Shown here: piece by piece, positions 1 through 8,881 of the stretch
How positions within the stretch are numbered: the stretch's first letter is position 1
How the letters are laid out: every line of letters starts with the position of its first letter
IMG/VR virus record: IMGVR_UViG_3300028048_000045
Span: 32,001 to 96,000 of that record
DNA: 64,000 nt
Source: a virus
Lineage: Duplodnaviria; Caudoviricetes
Reading direction: 5' to 3' (one strand)
Notes under the pieces: model-generated
Told to the model about the DNA's origin: nothing
The model's database searches: none
Seen by the model: only the letters and a program-made list of their open reading frames with translations
Translations under genes and position numbers: made by a program

Positions 1-7
1 AGGTTAA

Positions 8-37
8 AAAAGAAGGGAGAAATATCTCCCTTCTTTT
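8..37. terminator. intrinsic terminator (bidirectional type)
   Basis: aaaagaagggaga-aata-tctcccttctttt. Confidence 0.75.
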
Positions 38-77
38 ATATTATTAATTATTCAGTAACATATATGTATATAACAAA

Positions 78-233
78 TTATGTATATATGCATTTATTTG
101 TTACCGGATCTATACCAGTTATACGGATAAATTCCTCTCTTGTTAATTGTTTAGTTCTAACAAAAGGGAATTTAGATCCGTGAAATTCGACTGGTACACT
201 ATAATAATAAGTGTACTTTTTAATTTCGTTCAT
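78..233 (-). CDS. small hypothetical protein (51 aa)
   Basis: ORF track 78..284; ATG at 233 preferred because an SD-like GGCGGTG lies just upstream; early promoter motif at 309-316. Confidence 0.5.
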   Translation of the reverse strand: MNEIKKYTYYYSVPVEFHGSKFPFVRTKQLTREEFIRITGIDPVTNKCIYT

Positions 234-308
234 CGTGCTCACCGCCTTGAATAAAATTAAATTTAGAGAGGGGTGTTCGAGCACCCCTCTCTATTTTTAT
301 TCATTATT

Positions 309-316
309 ATAATATA
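309..316 (-). promoter_or_regulatory. early-type phage promoter TATATTAT
   Basis: Representative of 13 perfect copies, listed in findings. Confidence 0.7.
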
Positions 317-372
317 TAAAAAAAAGAAGATGGCTAAAAACCATCTTCTTTTTGAAAATTTAGATGTTTATA

Positions 373-729
373 TTAAAGATGTATATTTGTATAATCTCTA
401 ATATAAGTATCAGACAATGTGTTACACATATACACAGAACCTGCATATGCTCCTAACACAGTGAATGCTTCAGATTCGAAACATTCTGTGACAAAACTTG
501 CATCAATTGAAAGATCGTCTTTCTTTAACACAATACCATAACCTGTTTGATTTCCATCAGAATCGTTACAAACTCCGATATAATCTTTGTCACACTTGAA
601 TGATATTCTTTTAAATTCAAGTGTGAACTGGTATTTAGTGTTACCTTCTCCGATTCCTTCTATATTCATAGAAGTTAGCATTTTTCCAAATTCAATTGTG
701 CCAATTTCATAATTTGTTAGCTTTCTCAT
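373..729 (-). CDS. hypothetical early protein
   Basis: 118-aa ORF, AAGGAG SD, TATATTAT at 762-769, terminator 321-353. Confidence 0.7.
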   Translation of the reverse strand: MRKLTNYEIGTIEFGKMLTSMNIEGIGEGNTKYQFTLEFKRISFKCDKDYIGVCNDSDGNQTGYGIVLKKDDLSIDASFVTECFESEAFTVLGAYAGSVYMCNTLSDTYIRDYTNIHL

Positions 730-835
730 ATAATCTCCTTGACTTATTTATAGTCATTAATATAATATACAAAAAAAAATGGTTTTTACAAAATAATACG
801 AACTTTAACACTTGAATATGAATAGGAGACATATA

Positions 836-1909
836 ATGAAAAACAAATCTAAACGTTTTGACAAATTGTTTTTAAAGAGATATAAGAAGTCTAAATCTTT
901 TAAATATGATAAAGAAATGATTAATGAATTGTATAATTTATTTGTAGAAAATTATAAAACTACAGGTTATATATTCGATGGATCAAATATTTCATATTTA
1001 ACAAATAATTATGTTAAAGTTAATAATTATACAGAGCTTCCAAAAAATTTAACCTCAGCTTGTGTATATTTGGAAGAAATATCGAATATAATTTATATTT
1101 TTGATAAAGTTATAGAATTTAATTACGATATATTAGCAATGGATGTAATGTACAATGTTGATAAACTTACTGGAAAAGTAAATGTAAATAATTTTATTAA
1201 TAATATTTTGGCATTAACTAGTAGATGTGTTAAAAATATTTATATAATAAAAAGAGGTTACGATACAAATTATGATCATTTTAAAAATGATAAAACTATT
1301 ATATTTGATAACTTTTTTATGAAAATTATATCCATAATTAATAAATATATCGAAGAACACGATGAATGTAAAAAGAATTATGAATATGCAGATTATTTAT
1401 CAAATAAAACTGTTGAAAAATTTAATAAACAACAAACATCAATTTTCGCTACGATAAAATTTTGGTATCATAAAAATATAAAACCTTTTTTCAAATGGTT
1501 AATAGCTGATGATTCGATCATAATAGAATCATATAATTCATCTGTAAACAATGATGAAGAAATTGTAAATGACGGTTTGATGTATAAAGATGTTGTAGAG
1601 CATATAAACTATGCTTTAGGTAAATTAAACGATAAAACAATTATTGATCTCATGTTTAAATACAAATATGTACCATTTGAAGAACGTTTTTCTGGCGAAA
1701 TGCAAAATATTTTCAAAAAACCTTTAAATGAAATTACATCGGAAAACAATAAACAATATATTGGTGAATTGAAAACTATAGGTAAATCGGTTGAAGGCGA
1801 TTATGAAAATATAAAGACTAAAATGTATAATTCTATTTTAGACTTATCACATTATATTTCAGGCATCAACGCATGTTTAATAATGGGTAACGTTCTTCGT
1901 AATTTATAA
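836..1909 (+). CDS. hypothetical protein
   Basis: ORF track 812..1909; ATG 836 follows AGGAG; near-consensus late motif ACA-N5-ATATG at 808-820. Confidence 0.7.
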   Translation: MKNKSKRFDKLFLKRYKKSKSFKYDKEMINELYNLFVENYKTTGYIFDGSNISYLTNNYVKVNNYTELPKNLTSACVYLEEISNIIYIFDKVIEFNYDILAMDVMYNVDKLTGKVNVNNFINNILALTSRCVKNIYIIKRGYDTNYDHFKNDKTIIFDNFFMKIISIINKYIEEHDECKKNYEYADYLSNKTVEKFNKQQTSIFATIKFWYHKNIKPFFKWLIADDSIIIESYNSSVNNDEEIVNDGLMYKDVVEHINYALGKLNDKTIIDLMFKYKYVPFEERFSGEMQNIFKKPLNEITSENNKQYIGELKTIGKSVEGDYENIKTKMYNSILDLSHYISGINACLIMGNVLRNL

Positions 1910-1914
1910 AAAAA

Positions 1915-1950
1915 AATAAAGTTACCCGAATAATATCGGGTAACTTTATT
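1915..1950. terminator. bidirectional terminator between convergent genes
   Basis: ataaagttacccga/tcgggtaactttat. Confidence 0.8.
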
Positions 1951-1965
1951 ATATTTCAAATAAAC

Positions 1966-2316
1966 TTAATAATTTTTAATATTAAGTTTGTTTTTGTGTC
2001 TCAGATCCATGTATGTTTCTGTTGCGTACAACATGTCATACATAAGATCTTCCTGTCTTTCGACAAGGCTCTGATCCGTTTCATATGGATCATAAATATT
2101 AGCAAGATCATGTTCGAATCTGATCTTAGTTAATAATGCGATTTTCTCGCCAACAATATCGGTTGTTTCTTTAACCGAATATTTTTTCATGGAATTGTAG
2201 TAAGCGATTAAACGCTTTCCATGTTTTTCCATAACTTCATTAGAGACCCTATCATAGTCTTTAATGATTTCTTCCATCTTTTGGATTGGAAGAACAATCT
2301 TGTCGAATGTTATCAT
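1966..2316 (-). CDS. hypothetical early protein
   Basis: 116-aa ORF with AAGGGA SD and TATATTAT at 2384-2391. Confidence 0.7.
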   Translation of the reverse strand: MITFDKIVLPIQKMEEIIKDYDRVSNEVMEKHGKRLIAYYNSMKKYSVKETTDIVGEKIALLTKIRFEHDLANIYDPYETDQSLVERQEDLMYDMLYATETYMDLRHKNKLNIKNY

Positions 2317-2450
2317 AATAACTTATCCCTTGACTATAATTATTTTATTTTGTAAGAGTTTATAGTCATCCACCCTCATTAATATAATATACAAAAAAGA
2401 ATAATAGATTTACAAAAAAAAAGAGAGGAATAAATCCTCTCTTTATTACA

Positions 2451-2789
2451 TTATAAAACAATAGCGTTTGGAATTGCTTTACATTCGTTTCGATAGTTTA
2501 TGATATCGGAATAATCACTATAAAGAACTTTTTGGTAATGGCTAGTTGCGACTATTATATTAGGTTTATAAGTGGATCCATTATGTCGAATGACATTGAA
2601 ATAAATCCATTCATCGTCCAATAACCATGCTTCACGTTTATTGAAATCAATTATTACGAATGTAACATTTTTGAAACTATCCCCTTGAGCAGGAATAAAT
2701 TCATTTACTACATCGCACCCTAATAGATCAGTCTCCAATTTACCAATGAATAAACCGCTATCAGTACTACCGTGTTGACAAAATAACAT
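2451..2789 (-). CDS. hypothetical early protein
   Basis: 112-aa ORF, GAGGGG SD, TATATTAT at 2833-2840. Confidence 0.7.
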   Translation of the reverse strand: MLFCQHGSTDSGLFIGKLETDLLGCDVVNEFIPAQGDSFKNVTFVIIDFNKREAWLLDDEWIYFNVIRHNGSTYKPNIIVATSHYQKVLYSDYSDIINYRNECKAIPNAIVL

Positions 2790-2844
2790 TTTAACCCCTC
2801 AATTTATAAATATATTTATCTGTCACATTAGTATAATATATAAA

Positions 2845-3702
2845 TTAATAAGGAAGTTCTATATATTTTTTCAAGAAATCGTCGAATGAAAAATTTTCAA
2901 TAGGTTCATATTCATTACATTTGCATCTATTTAACAAAGGTTTTAATGTATATTCTCTTTTTAATTCATCTGGATAAGATTCATCTTTTGGATATTTTGC
3001 ACCTTTAGCATATCCATGCTTGTCAATCCATTTATTAAAACGTTTTTCTCTATTAAAAAACGAAACATAATCTTTAGCTTTAGCCTCTTCATCTTCAAAT
3101 TCTTTAAAATATTTTTTGTGTAAATCACACATTTGACGATGCGTTAATCTAAAAGATTCGATGTCTGCATCAGGATATCTTTCTTTAAAAGTATCGACAC
3201 TCATATCAGCAACACCCATAATATTCATACTTGGATCACCAACATAGACATTTATCTTATCACAATAGTGTTTACATTTAAAACATTTGTGTTTAGCAAA
3301 ACGTTTTTTATCATTTTCATAAATTTCTTGTTTAAGTTCATCTTCATAGTATTTCTTAAGTTTTTCTGGAAGATAAAATAATCTAAAAATTGGATAACCT
3401 CTTAGAACTTGAACTTCTATATAAGAAAATACTTTATCTCTAAATTCTTCAGAATCCAGAGATTCATTTTCATTATAAAGTAAGTTATCCAGTTCCATAT
3501 TCATGGACCAAATACTATGACCCATTATTTCTTCATGAACCAAACCCCAATTTACTGAAGCACTTTCACCAAATGTTTCTAGACCGTATATTTCAAGAAA
3601 TTTTATAAACCATTTAAATAAAAATATTTTTTTATTATCCGATAATCTTTCTTTTTCATCATAATCCATAGTCAAACTCCATATTATATCATATATTGAC
3701 AT
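2845..3702 (-). CDS. hypothetical protein with CxxCxxxC cluster (possible Zn binding)
   Basis: 285-aa ORF; KHKCFKCKHYC motif plus further Cys residues near the C-terminus. Confidence 0.6.
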   Translation of the reverse strand: MSIYDIIWSLTMDYDEKERLSDNKKIFLFKWFIKFLEIYGLETFGESASVNWGLVHEEIMGHSIWSMNMELDNLLYNENESLDSEEFRDKVFSYIEVQVLRGYPIFRLFYLPEKLKKYYEDELKQEIYENDKKRFAKHKCFKCKHYCDKINVYVGDPSMNIMGVADMSVDTFKERYPDADIESFRLTHRQMCDLHKKYFKEFEDEEAKAKDYVSFFNREKRFNKWIDKHGYAKGAKYPKDESYPDELKREYTLKPLLNRCKCNEYEPIENFSFDDFLKKYIELPY

Positions 3703-3795
3703 TAAGATGTATTCAAGTTTGTAATTTTAAAAATTCTTTTGAATATATAATTATAGGACGAAGATAAAGAATTTTAAAGTTTGGAGTTAAACAAT

Positions 3796-5721
3796 ATGAA
3801 GATGGGAACATTAGGATCGTACGATAGTACAACTGATTATTCTGAATTTAAGAGACGAAAACCTAATAAAAAATATAGATCACATTTAGTTTCTGAGCGT
3901 TTCTTGCTCATGATTATAAAAGTTTTAGCAAGTGATATTACAGTTAACAGACGTTCTCTTGCTAATATAAAACGCTTCTTAACTATCATAGATAGGGATT
4001 ATTATTGTAGAAGCGAAAATATAGAAGCTATGCTTCTAGTTTGTGATTTGTTAGTTTCAATTAGAACTAAAAATCCTCATGGAGTTTCATTAGAATCGTT
4101 AACATATAAAGTTGAAAATCTTTTAGTTGAACCTTATGATAAAGTAAGAGATCAATTAATTATACCTCAGATTAATGTTGCAAAAGATGAATTGCCTGAA
4201 GATGATCTTGAATATATTACAAATAGCCTAGATCAAAATCTTAAGTTTTCATACATTCTTGATGTAAAAGATAATCTTATTGAATTAACAAACGATATCG
4301 AAACATCATCTTATACCGATTTTCCAAATTTATTACATCAGTATCGTGATTTAGTTACTGGTATTATGAACTTTTTCAGAAGTACAGATTCAAGTTCAAT
4401 GACTAATGAAATTGTTCATACTGGAGATCCAACATTCTTAGATATTCTTTATGATACTTATGAAGCTATTCGTAATCCAGCATCTGCTTTACAAACAGGT
4501 TGGCAGGCATTGAACTCTGCACTTGGACCTCGTGGTGGATTCCAGAATAAAAACTTATATTGTCTTCATGCTAATACTAACTCATTTAAATCTGCAATGC
4601 TTCTTCATATTTCTCGTATGATTAAGGAATATAATGCTTCGAGAGTTATTGATGAATTTAAACGTACTGGAAAGATTCCAACAGTTCTTCACATTAGTAT
4701 GGAGAATGATAATGATGAAGATAATGAACGTTTGTATAAGACTGTAGTTAAGAAAGATCTTGGAAAATGTACATCTCGAGAAGAACTTAATCAGTCTTGG
4801 GAACACAATTTCGGAAATTCTAATAGTGAAGAAGAAAATCCTATTGATATTTCATTCTTGCATGTTGATGCTAGATCTCTTAGTGTTGATGAAATTGATG
4901 TTATTATTGAAAATCTTGAAGAAGAAGGATATCGTGTAATTGCTTGTGTCGTTGATTATTTAGGTTTAATTAAACCTAGAATGGAAGATATGGGTAAAGA
5001 TAACCGTCTTCAGTTAAAGAATATTGCAGATGATTTACTTTCACTTGCAAAGAATAGAGATATTCCAGTTATTACAGCTCATCAGATTAACCGTTCTGGT
5101 GGTGCAGTTCTTACAAACTTAAAGAATCAAGGTGGAGTTAATGCTATTTCACAAATGACTAATGAATTCATTGGTGAATCTTATGGTATTGAACAGGCTG
5201 TTTCATGGTCAGCATTTATCGATATTGAAATTCATGGTGAAGATCGTTGGTTGATGTTTAAGCGAAACAAATCTCGTTATAAGAATAAGTTTGGCACAGA
5301 AACATTTGTAATGAAGATCCGTGATGGTATTATCATTGATGATGATATCTATCTTTCAACTCCATTGTCACTTCCTAAGATTCCTGATGGAATTGGAACT
5401 GATGATGCTAATCAGAATCAAGGTTCTAGAGGTATTATTGATATTAGAGATAATAAACATAAAACACCTCCAAAAGATCATCTTATTAAAGTTAAATCTT
5501 CAACTGAAGAAAGAGAAGACTTCCTTAATTCTAAAGAAAAGGTTCCTATCGAATATATCGATTGGAATAATTGGATTTATTATCTTGATACTGGTGATTA
5601 CGAAACAGAAGATTTCTATGTTTGGTCTAACTCTGAAATGTCATATTATGATAGATCGTTTGTTATTGGAGAAACAGAATATGTTAGCTGCGATTTTAAC
5701 GAAGAAGTAGCTTACGCTTAA
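3796..5721 (+). CDS. DnaB-like (SF4) replicative helicase, jumbo-phage type
   Basis: TGWQALNSALGPRGGF, Walker A variant ANTNSFKS, ISMEN, VVDYLGLI, ITAHQINR; ATG 3796 follows GGAG. Confidence 0.85.
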   Translation: MKMGTLGSYDSTTDYSEFKRRKPNKKYRSHLVSERFLLMIIKVLASDITVNRRSLANIKRFLTIIDRDYYCRSENIEAMLLVCDLLVSIRTKNPHGVSLESLTYKVENLLVEPYDKVRDQLIIPQINVAKDELPEDDLEYITNSLDQNLKFSYILDVKDNLIELTNDIETSSYTDFPNLLHQYRDLVTGIMNFFRSTDSSSMTNEIVHTGDPTFLDILYDTYEAIRNPASALQTGWQALNSALGPRGGFQNKNLYCLHANTNSFKSAMLLHISRMIKEYNASRVIDEFKRTGKIPTVLHISMENDNDEDNERLYKTVVKKDLGKCTSREELNQSWEHNFGNSNSEEENPIDISFLHVDARSLSVDEIDVIIENLEEEGYRVIACVVDYLGLIKPRMEDMGKDNRLQLKNIADDLLSLAKNRDIPVITAHQINRSGGAVLTNLKNQGGVNAISQMTNEFIGESYGIEQAVSWSAFIDIEIHGEDRWLMFKRNKSRYKNKFGTETFVMKIRDGIIIDDDIYLSTPLSLPKIPDGIGTDDANQNQGSRGIIDIRDNKHKTPPKDHLIKVKSSTEEREDFLNSKEKVPIEYIDWNNWIYYLDTGDYETEDFYVWSNSEMSYYDRSFVIGETEYVSCDFNEEVAYA

Positions 5722-5870
5722 TTTAACAGGTTATAAATAAATTAAGCTCAAATTCTTTATCTTCAAATGGAATCGTGTAGTTTTCATAACTCTCCTTAGG
5801 ATTTAGTATACATCGTCGATGGTATTAGATCTTATGAGTTTAATTTGTTTTGATACCTTTAAATAAAACA

Positions 5871-5892
5871 GGTGCTGGGTAAAACCAGCACC
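5871..5892 (+). terminator. terminator of the helicase transcript
   Basis: ggtgctgg-gtaaaa-ccagcacc followed by a T-rich tract. Confidence 0.75.
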
Positions 5893-5915
5893 TTCCTTTT
5901 ACTTTTTTCTTTATT

Positions 5916-5928
5916 ACATTATAATATA
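5916..5928 (+). promoter_or_regulatory. late promoter ACA-N5-ATATA (capsid operon)
   Basis: acattataatata; one of 17 perfect copies, listed in findings. Confidence 0.75.
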
Positions 5929-5957
5929 ACTTAAATTATACCTTTAGGGCGACTTTT

Positions 5958-6647
5958 ATGATAAATCATTCTAAAATTCTTAGCTTTTCATCAAATTTTG
6001 GTTCAAAAGCTAATAGCACAGAGTCCCTCGAGGACAAAAAAATAGAACAAAATGATATAATTCACCAGGAATATGAACAATCTCTTGAAGAAGAAACATT
6101 TGAAGATGCTGCTAATGAAGAATCTTCTGGCGGCGATTCAGGTGATGATGGTTTAGGAGATATGGAAGACGATATGGATTCGCTTGATTCTCAGATGGAC
6201 GGTATGGACGATGGGGATTTTGGTGGAGATGATATGGATTCTTCCGATGGTGGATCAGATGGGTCGGATGGAGCCACTGGTGTAGACGATCTAGAAAAAA
6301 ATAGAGGATCTTCATTAAATCCATTTACCCAGATTAATCAAAAAAACTATCTTATTGGTGAGTTGAATGAACTGTCTGACTCCATTCAACATACGATTAC
6401 AGAGTATAATAACATGTACGCTGACTGGTCTGAATTAACTCAGCTACGTGAACTCAAATCTATGTTAGATGAAGAACGTAATTCGTTCATTATGCAACAG
6501 AATCCGGAAAATTTAATTAAGTTGAGGTTGTATATGAAACAATACGAGACTATAGTTAAAAAACTCAGCAGTATGATAAGTGATAAAGCTAAACGTGATA
6601 GTAAGTTATCTCAGAATAACAAATCTACTCCGGTTAGTAAAAATTAA
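5958..6647 (+). CDS. acidic head-assembly/scaffold-like protein
   Basis: Directly upstream of the capsid gene, late promoter 5916-5928, STE/SLE motifs, D/G-rich low-complexity tract. Confidence 0.5.
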   Translation: MINHSKILSFSSNFGSKANSTESLEDKKIEQNDIIHQEYEQSLEEETFEDAANEESSGGDSGDDGLGDMEDDMDSLDSQMDGMDDGDFGGDDMDSSDGGSDGSDGATGVDDLEKNRGSSLNPFTQINQKNYLIGELNELSDSIQHTITEYNNMYADWSELTQLRELKSMLDEERNSFIMQQNPENLIKLRLYMKQYETIVKKLSSMISDKAKRDSKLSQNNKSTPVSKN

Positions 6648-6676
6648 ATTCCTTTATTCTTTTAAGGAGAAATAAA

Positions 6677-8641
6677 ATGGCTAATACATTTACTCAATTA
6701 TCTCGTGAAGATATTGCCAAAGTATATGAATCTCACAAGAAAGATCACGCTCAGTCTTACTACAAATCTCTCGAAAAGTATCAGCATGAACTTCAGAAGT
6801 ATGTAGGAGCACAGTCAGTGTTCGGAAAAGAAGGCTGGGGAAGAATCGTTGATGATGATAATCTCTTCAATAAAGCAAAGAGCTTGTCAGCTGAAATGTT
6901 CGCTGGTGACAAAGTACTCCAGGGTCGTTTCAACCGTCTTATGGATAACACTCGTGAAACAGTAGCTGCTGTTGATAAGGGTGGATTCGGTATGGAAGGT
7001 TGGGGTGGCGGTACAGCTGTATACGCATCTTCACAGGGTGGTTTTGCACTTGGTACAACACCATTCATTATTGGTGGTTGGCTTGCTTCTGCTCGTTCAG
7101 AAGAAATTTTCCAGCATATTGACAATAAGAACAATATGCGTCTTGAATTTGAATACAATATCGACTATGCACAGATCGGTGATCAGAAGTTCTTCTTCCC
7201 ACAGTGTTTCCGTGCTGGCGAAATCACAGGTTTCAACAAACTTCCACAGGTTGACTGGGTAACCCCTAATACAAACGCTGGAACATATACTGCTCCTGAA
7301 ACATGGTGTGGTGAAGATATGTTCATCCTTCTCAACGCTGCTGACGGTTCTGATACTGCAGGTGTTAAGGGTAACCTTCTCACTGTAGCTGGTAAGAACA
7401 AGATGAAGTATGGTATCGAACCAAACTATCAGCTTACAGCAATTAAGTTCCAGAATGGTTCTGCTGAAGGAGCTGAAGTTGTAACACGTCGTACAGAACT
7501 CCACTATTCTATTATGGTTGGACAGCCAAACGAACGCGATATGAAAGCTACATACACATTGAAAGATGTTGCTGGCTTCGACGAACCAATCGTTCTCCAG
7601 ATTTACATGCGTGTAAATATCGATAATGGTGATTTCATCCTCTTCGTAAAAGCTCCTACAGCTGACGCTCTTAAACTTATTAAGGGATTCAAGTTTGATG
7701 GTAAGATTTCTAACGAAGCTAACGAAATTACAGACATCCCAACAATGGGTGTTGATAAGTTCCAGTTCATTCGTGAATGTGAATACAGAAACTACTCAAA
7801 AGTTTCTCTCAACGAATATATGGCTGATAACTTCCGCATCGGTGGTAACAACAACATTTCTTATGCTGCTTATGCTACTGATAAGATGCTTCAGTACACA
7901 ATCGCTAACCGCGAACTCGAAGCTGAAGACTTCCTCATCAAGCAGGTTCTTGATGACGATGTAGATATCGATACTTTCGAACTTACAAGAAAGATGGGTG
8001 GATTCATCCAGAACAATCTTTCATTCGGAATTTCTAAGTTCACACCTGGTCTTGGATTGCAGGATTACAAGTTCGGTCTTAAGAACTACCTTAACAAGGT
8101 ACTCGCTATGGCTGATACTGATCTTAACATTCCTACATCAGTTAAACGTGAATGGATCCTTATGGGATACGACGCTGTTGTAACTGAATTCCCTGAAGTT
8201 AAGTTTGAAAACGCTGCTGTTAACCTCCAGGAACAGGCTGAAGGTTCTGCTGTTAATGAACACTATGGATTCGCTGTTGATACTAAGTGTGGATACATCG
8301 ATAGCCTTGGTCGTTCAGTACGTATTATCGGTAACGCTGATAAACGTTGGCAGGAACGTGGTCCTTCTGTATACGGTGCTCTCCGCACATACTCAATGGA
8401 ATATCCATTCCTCGTATACTATCAACATGCTATCCGTATGTTTACAGCTATCGATCCTGATATGCCTAACCGCACAGCTATCATTATTGGTGGTCGTGAA
8501 TTCCGTGGACACTTCGCTGCTGCAGCTATTAAGCTCACACTCGAAGGAGTTCTCGATAACGCAGGTATGCCAGTAAATAACTTCGATCAGCAGATGGACA
8601 ACTCTAAAGTTGGCTATGAATTCAAAACTATTAATGGCTAA
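6677..8641 (+). CDS. major capsid protein (probable)
   Basis: 654 aa; strong high-expression codon bias (TTC, AAC, CTC, ATC); GME putative maturation site at ~aa 107; follows the helicase as in phiKZ/AR9-like phages; strong terminator downstream. Confidence 0.7.
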   Translation: MANTFTQLSREDIAKVYESHKKDHAQSYYKSLEKYQHELQKYVGAQSVFGKEGWGRIVDDDNLFNKAKSLSAEMFAGDKVLQGRFNRLMDNTRETVAAVDKGGFGMEGWGGGTAVYASSQGGFALGTTPFIIGGWLASARSEEIFQHIDNKNNMRLEFEYNIDYAQIGDQKFFFPQCFRAGEITGFNKLPQVDWVTPNTNAGTYTAPETWCGEDMFILLNAADGSDTAGVKGNLLTVAGKNKMKYGIEPNYQLTAIKFQNGSAEGAEVVTRRTELHYSIMVGQPNERDMKATYTLKDVAGFDEPIVLQIYMRVNIDNGDFILFVKAPTADALKLIKGFKFDGKISNEANEITDIPTMGVDKFQFIRECEYRNYSKVSLNEYMADNFRIGGNNNISYAAYATDKMLQYTIANRELEAEDFLIKQVLDDDVDIDTFELTRKMGGFIQNNLSFGISKFTPGLGLQDYKFGLKNYLNKVLAMADTDLNIPTSVKREWILMGYDAVVTEFPEVKFENAAVNLQEQAEGSAVNEHYGFAVDTKCGYIDSLGRSVRIIGNADKRWQERGPSVYGALRTYSMEYPFLVYYQHAIRMFTAIDPDMPNRTAIIIGGREFRGHFAAAAIKLTLEGVLDNAGMPVNNFDQQMDNSKVGYEFKTING

Positions 8642-8679
8642 TTAATGGTTTGAATTACTGATTTAAGTTTGTAAAATAC

Positions 8680-8709
8680 ATAAGTAGGTGGTTTCGGCCA
8701 CCTACTTAT
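8680..8709 (+). terminator. capsid operon terminator
   Basis: ataagtaggtgg-tttcgg-ccacctacttat. Confidence 0.85.
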
Positions 8710-8881
8710 ATTTTATCTCTTTTCAATTTGACACAATAATATATGGATACTATTAAAAACCCTAAAAATTCATCTTTACCTATAAATACATTTGATAAAC
8801 AAGTTAATGAAGCCAAAACTGGTTTTCATATTAAAATTATTCGTAAAGATGATAAAAATACTTCTAAGGAGAAGAAAGATA

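Noticed and set aside
6100-6290. GAT/GGT-rich quasi-repeat
   Set aside because: Simply encodes the D/G/M low-complexity linker of the 229-aa protein
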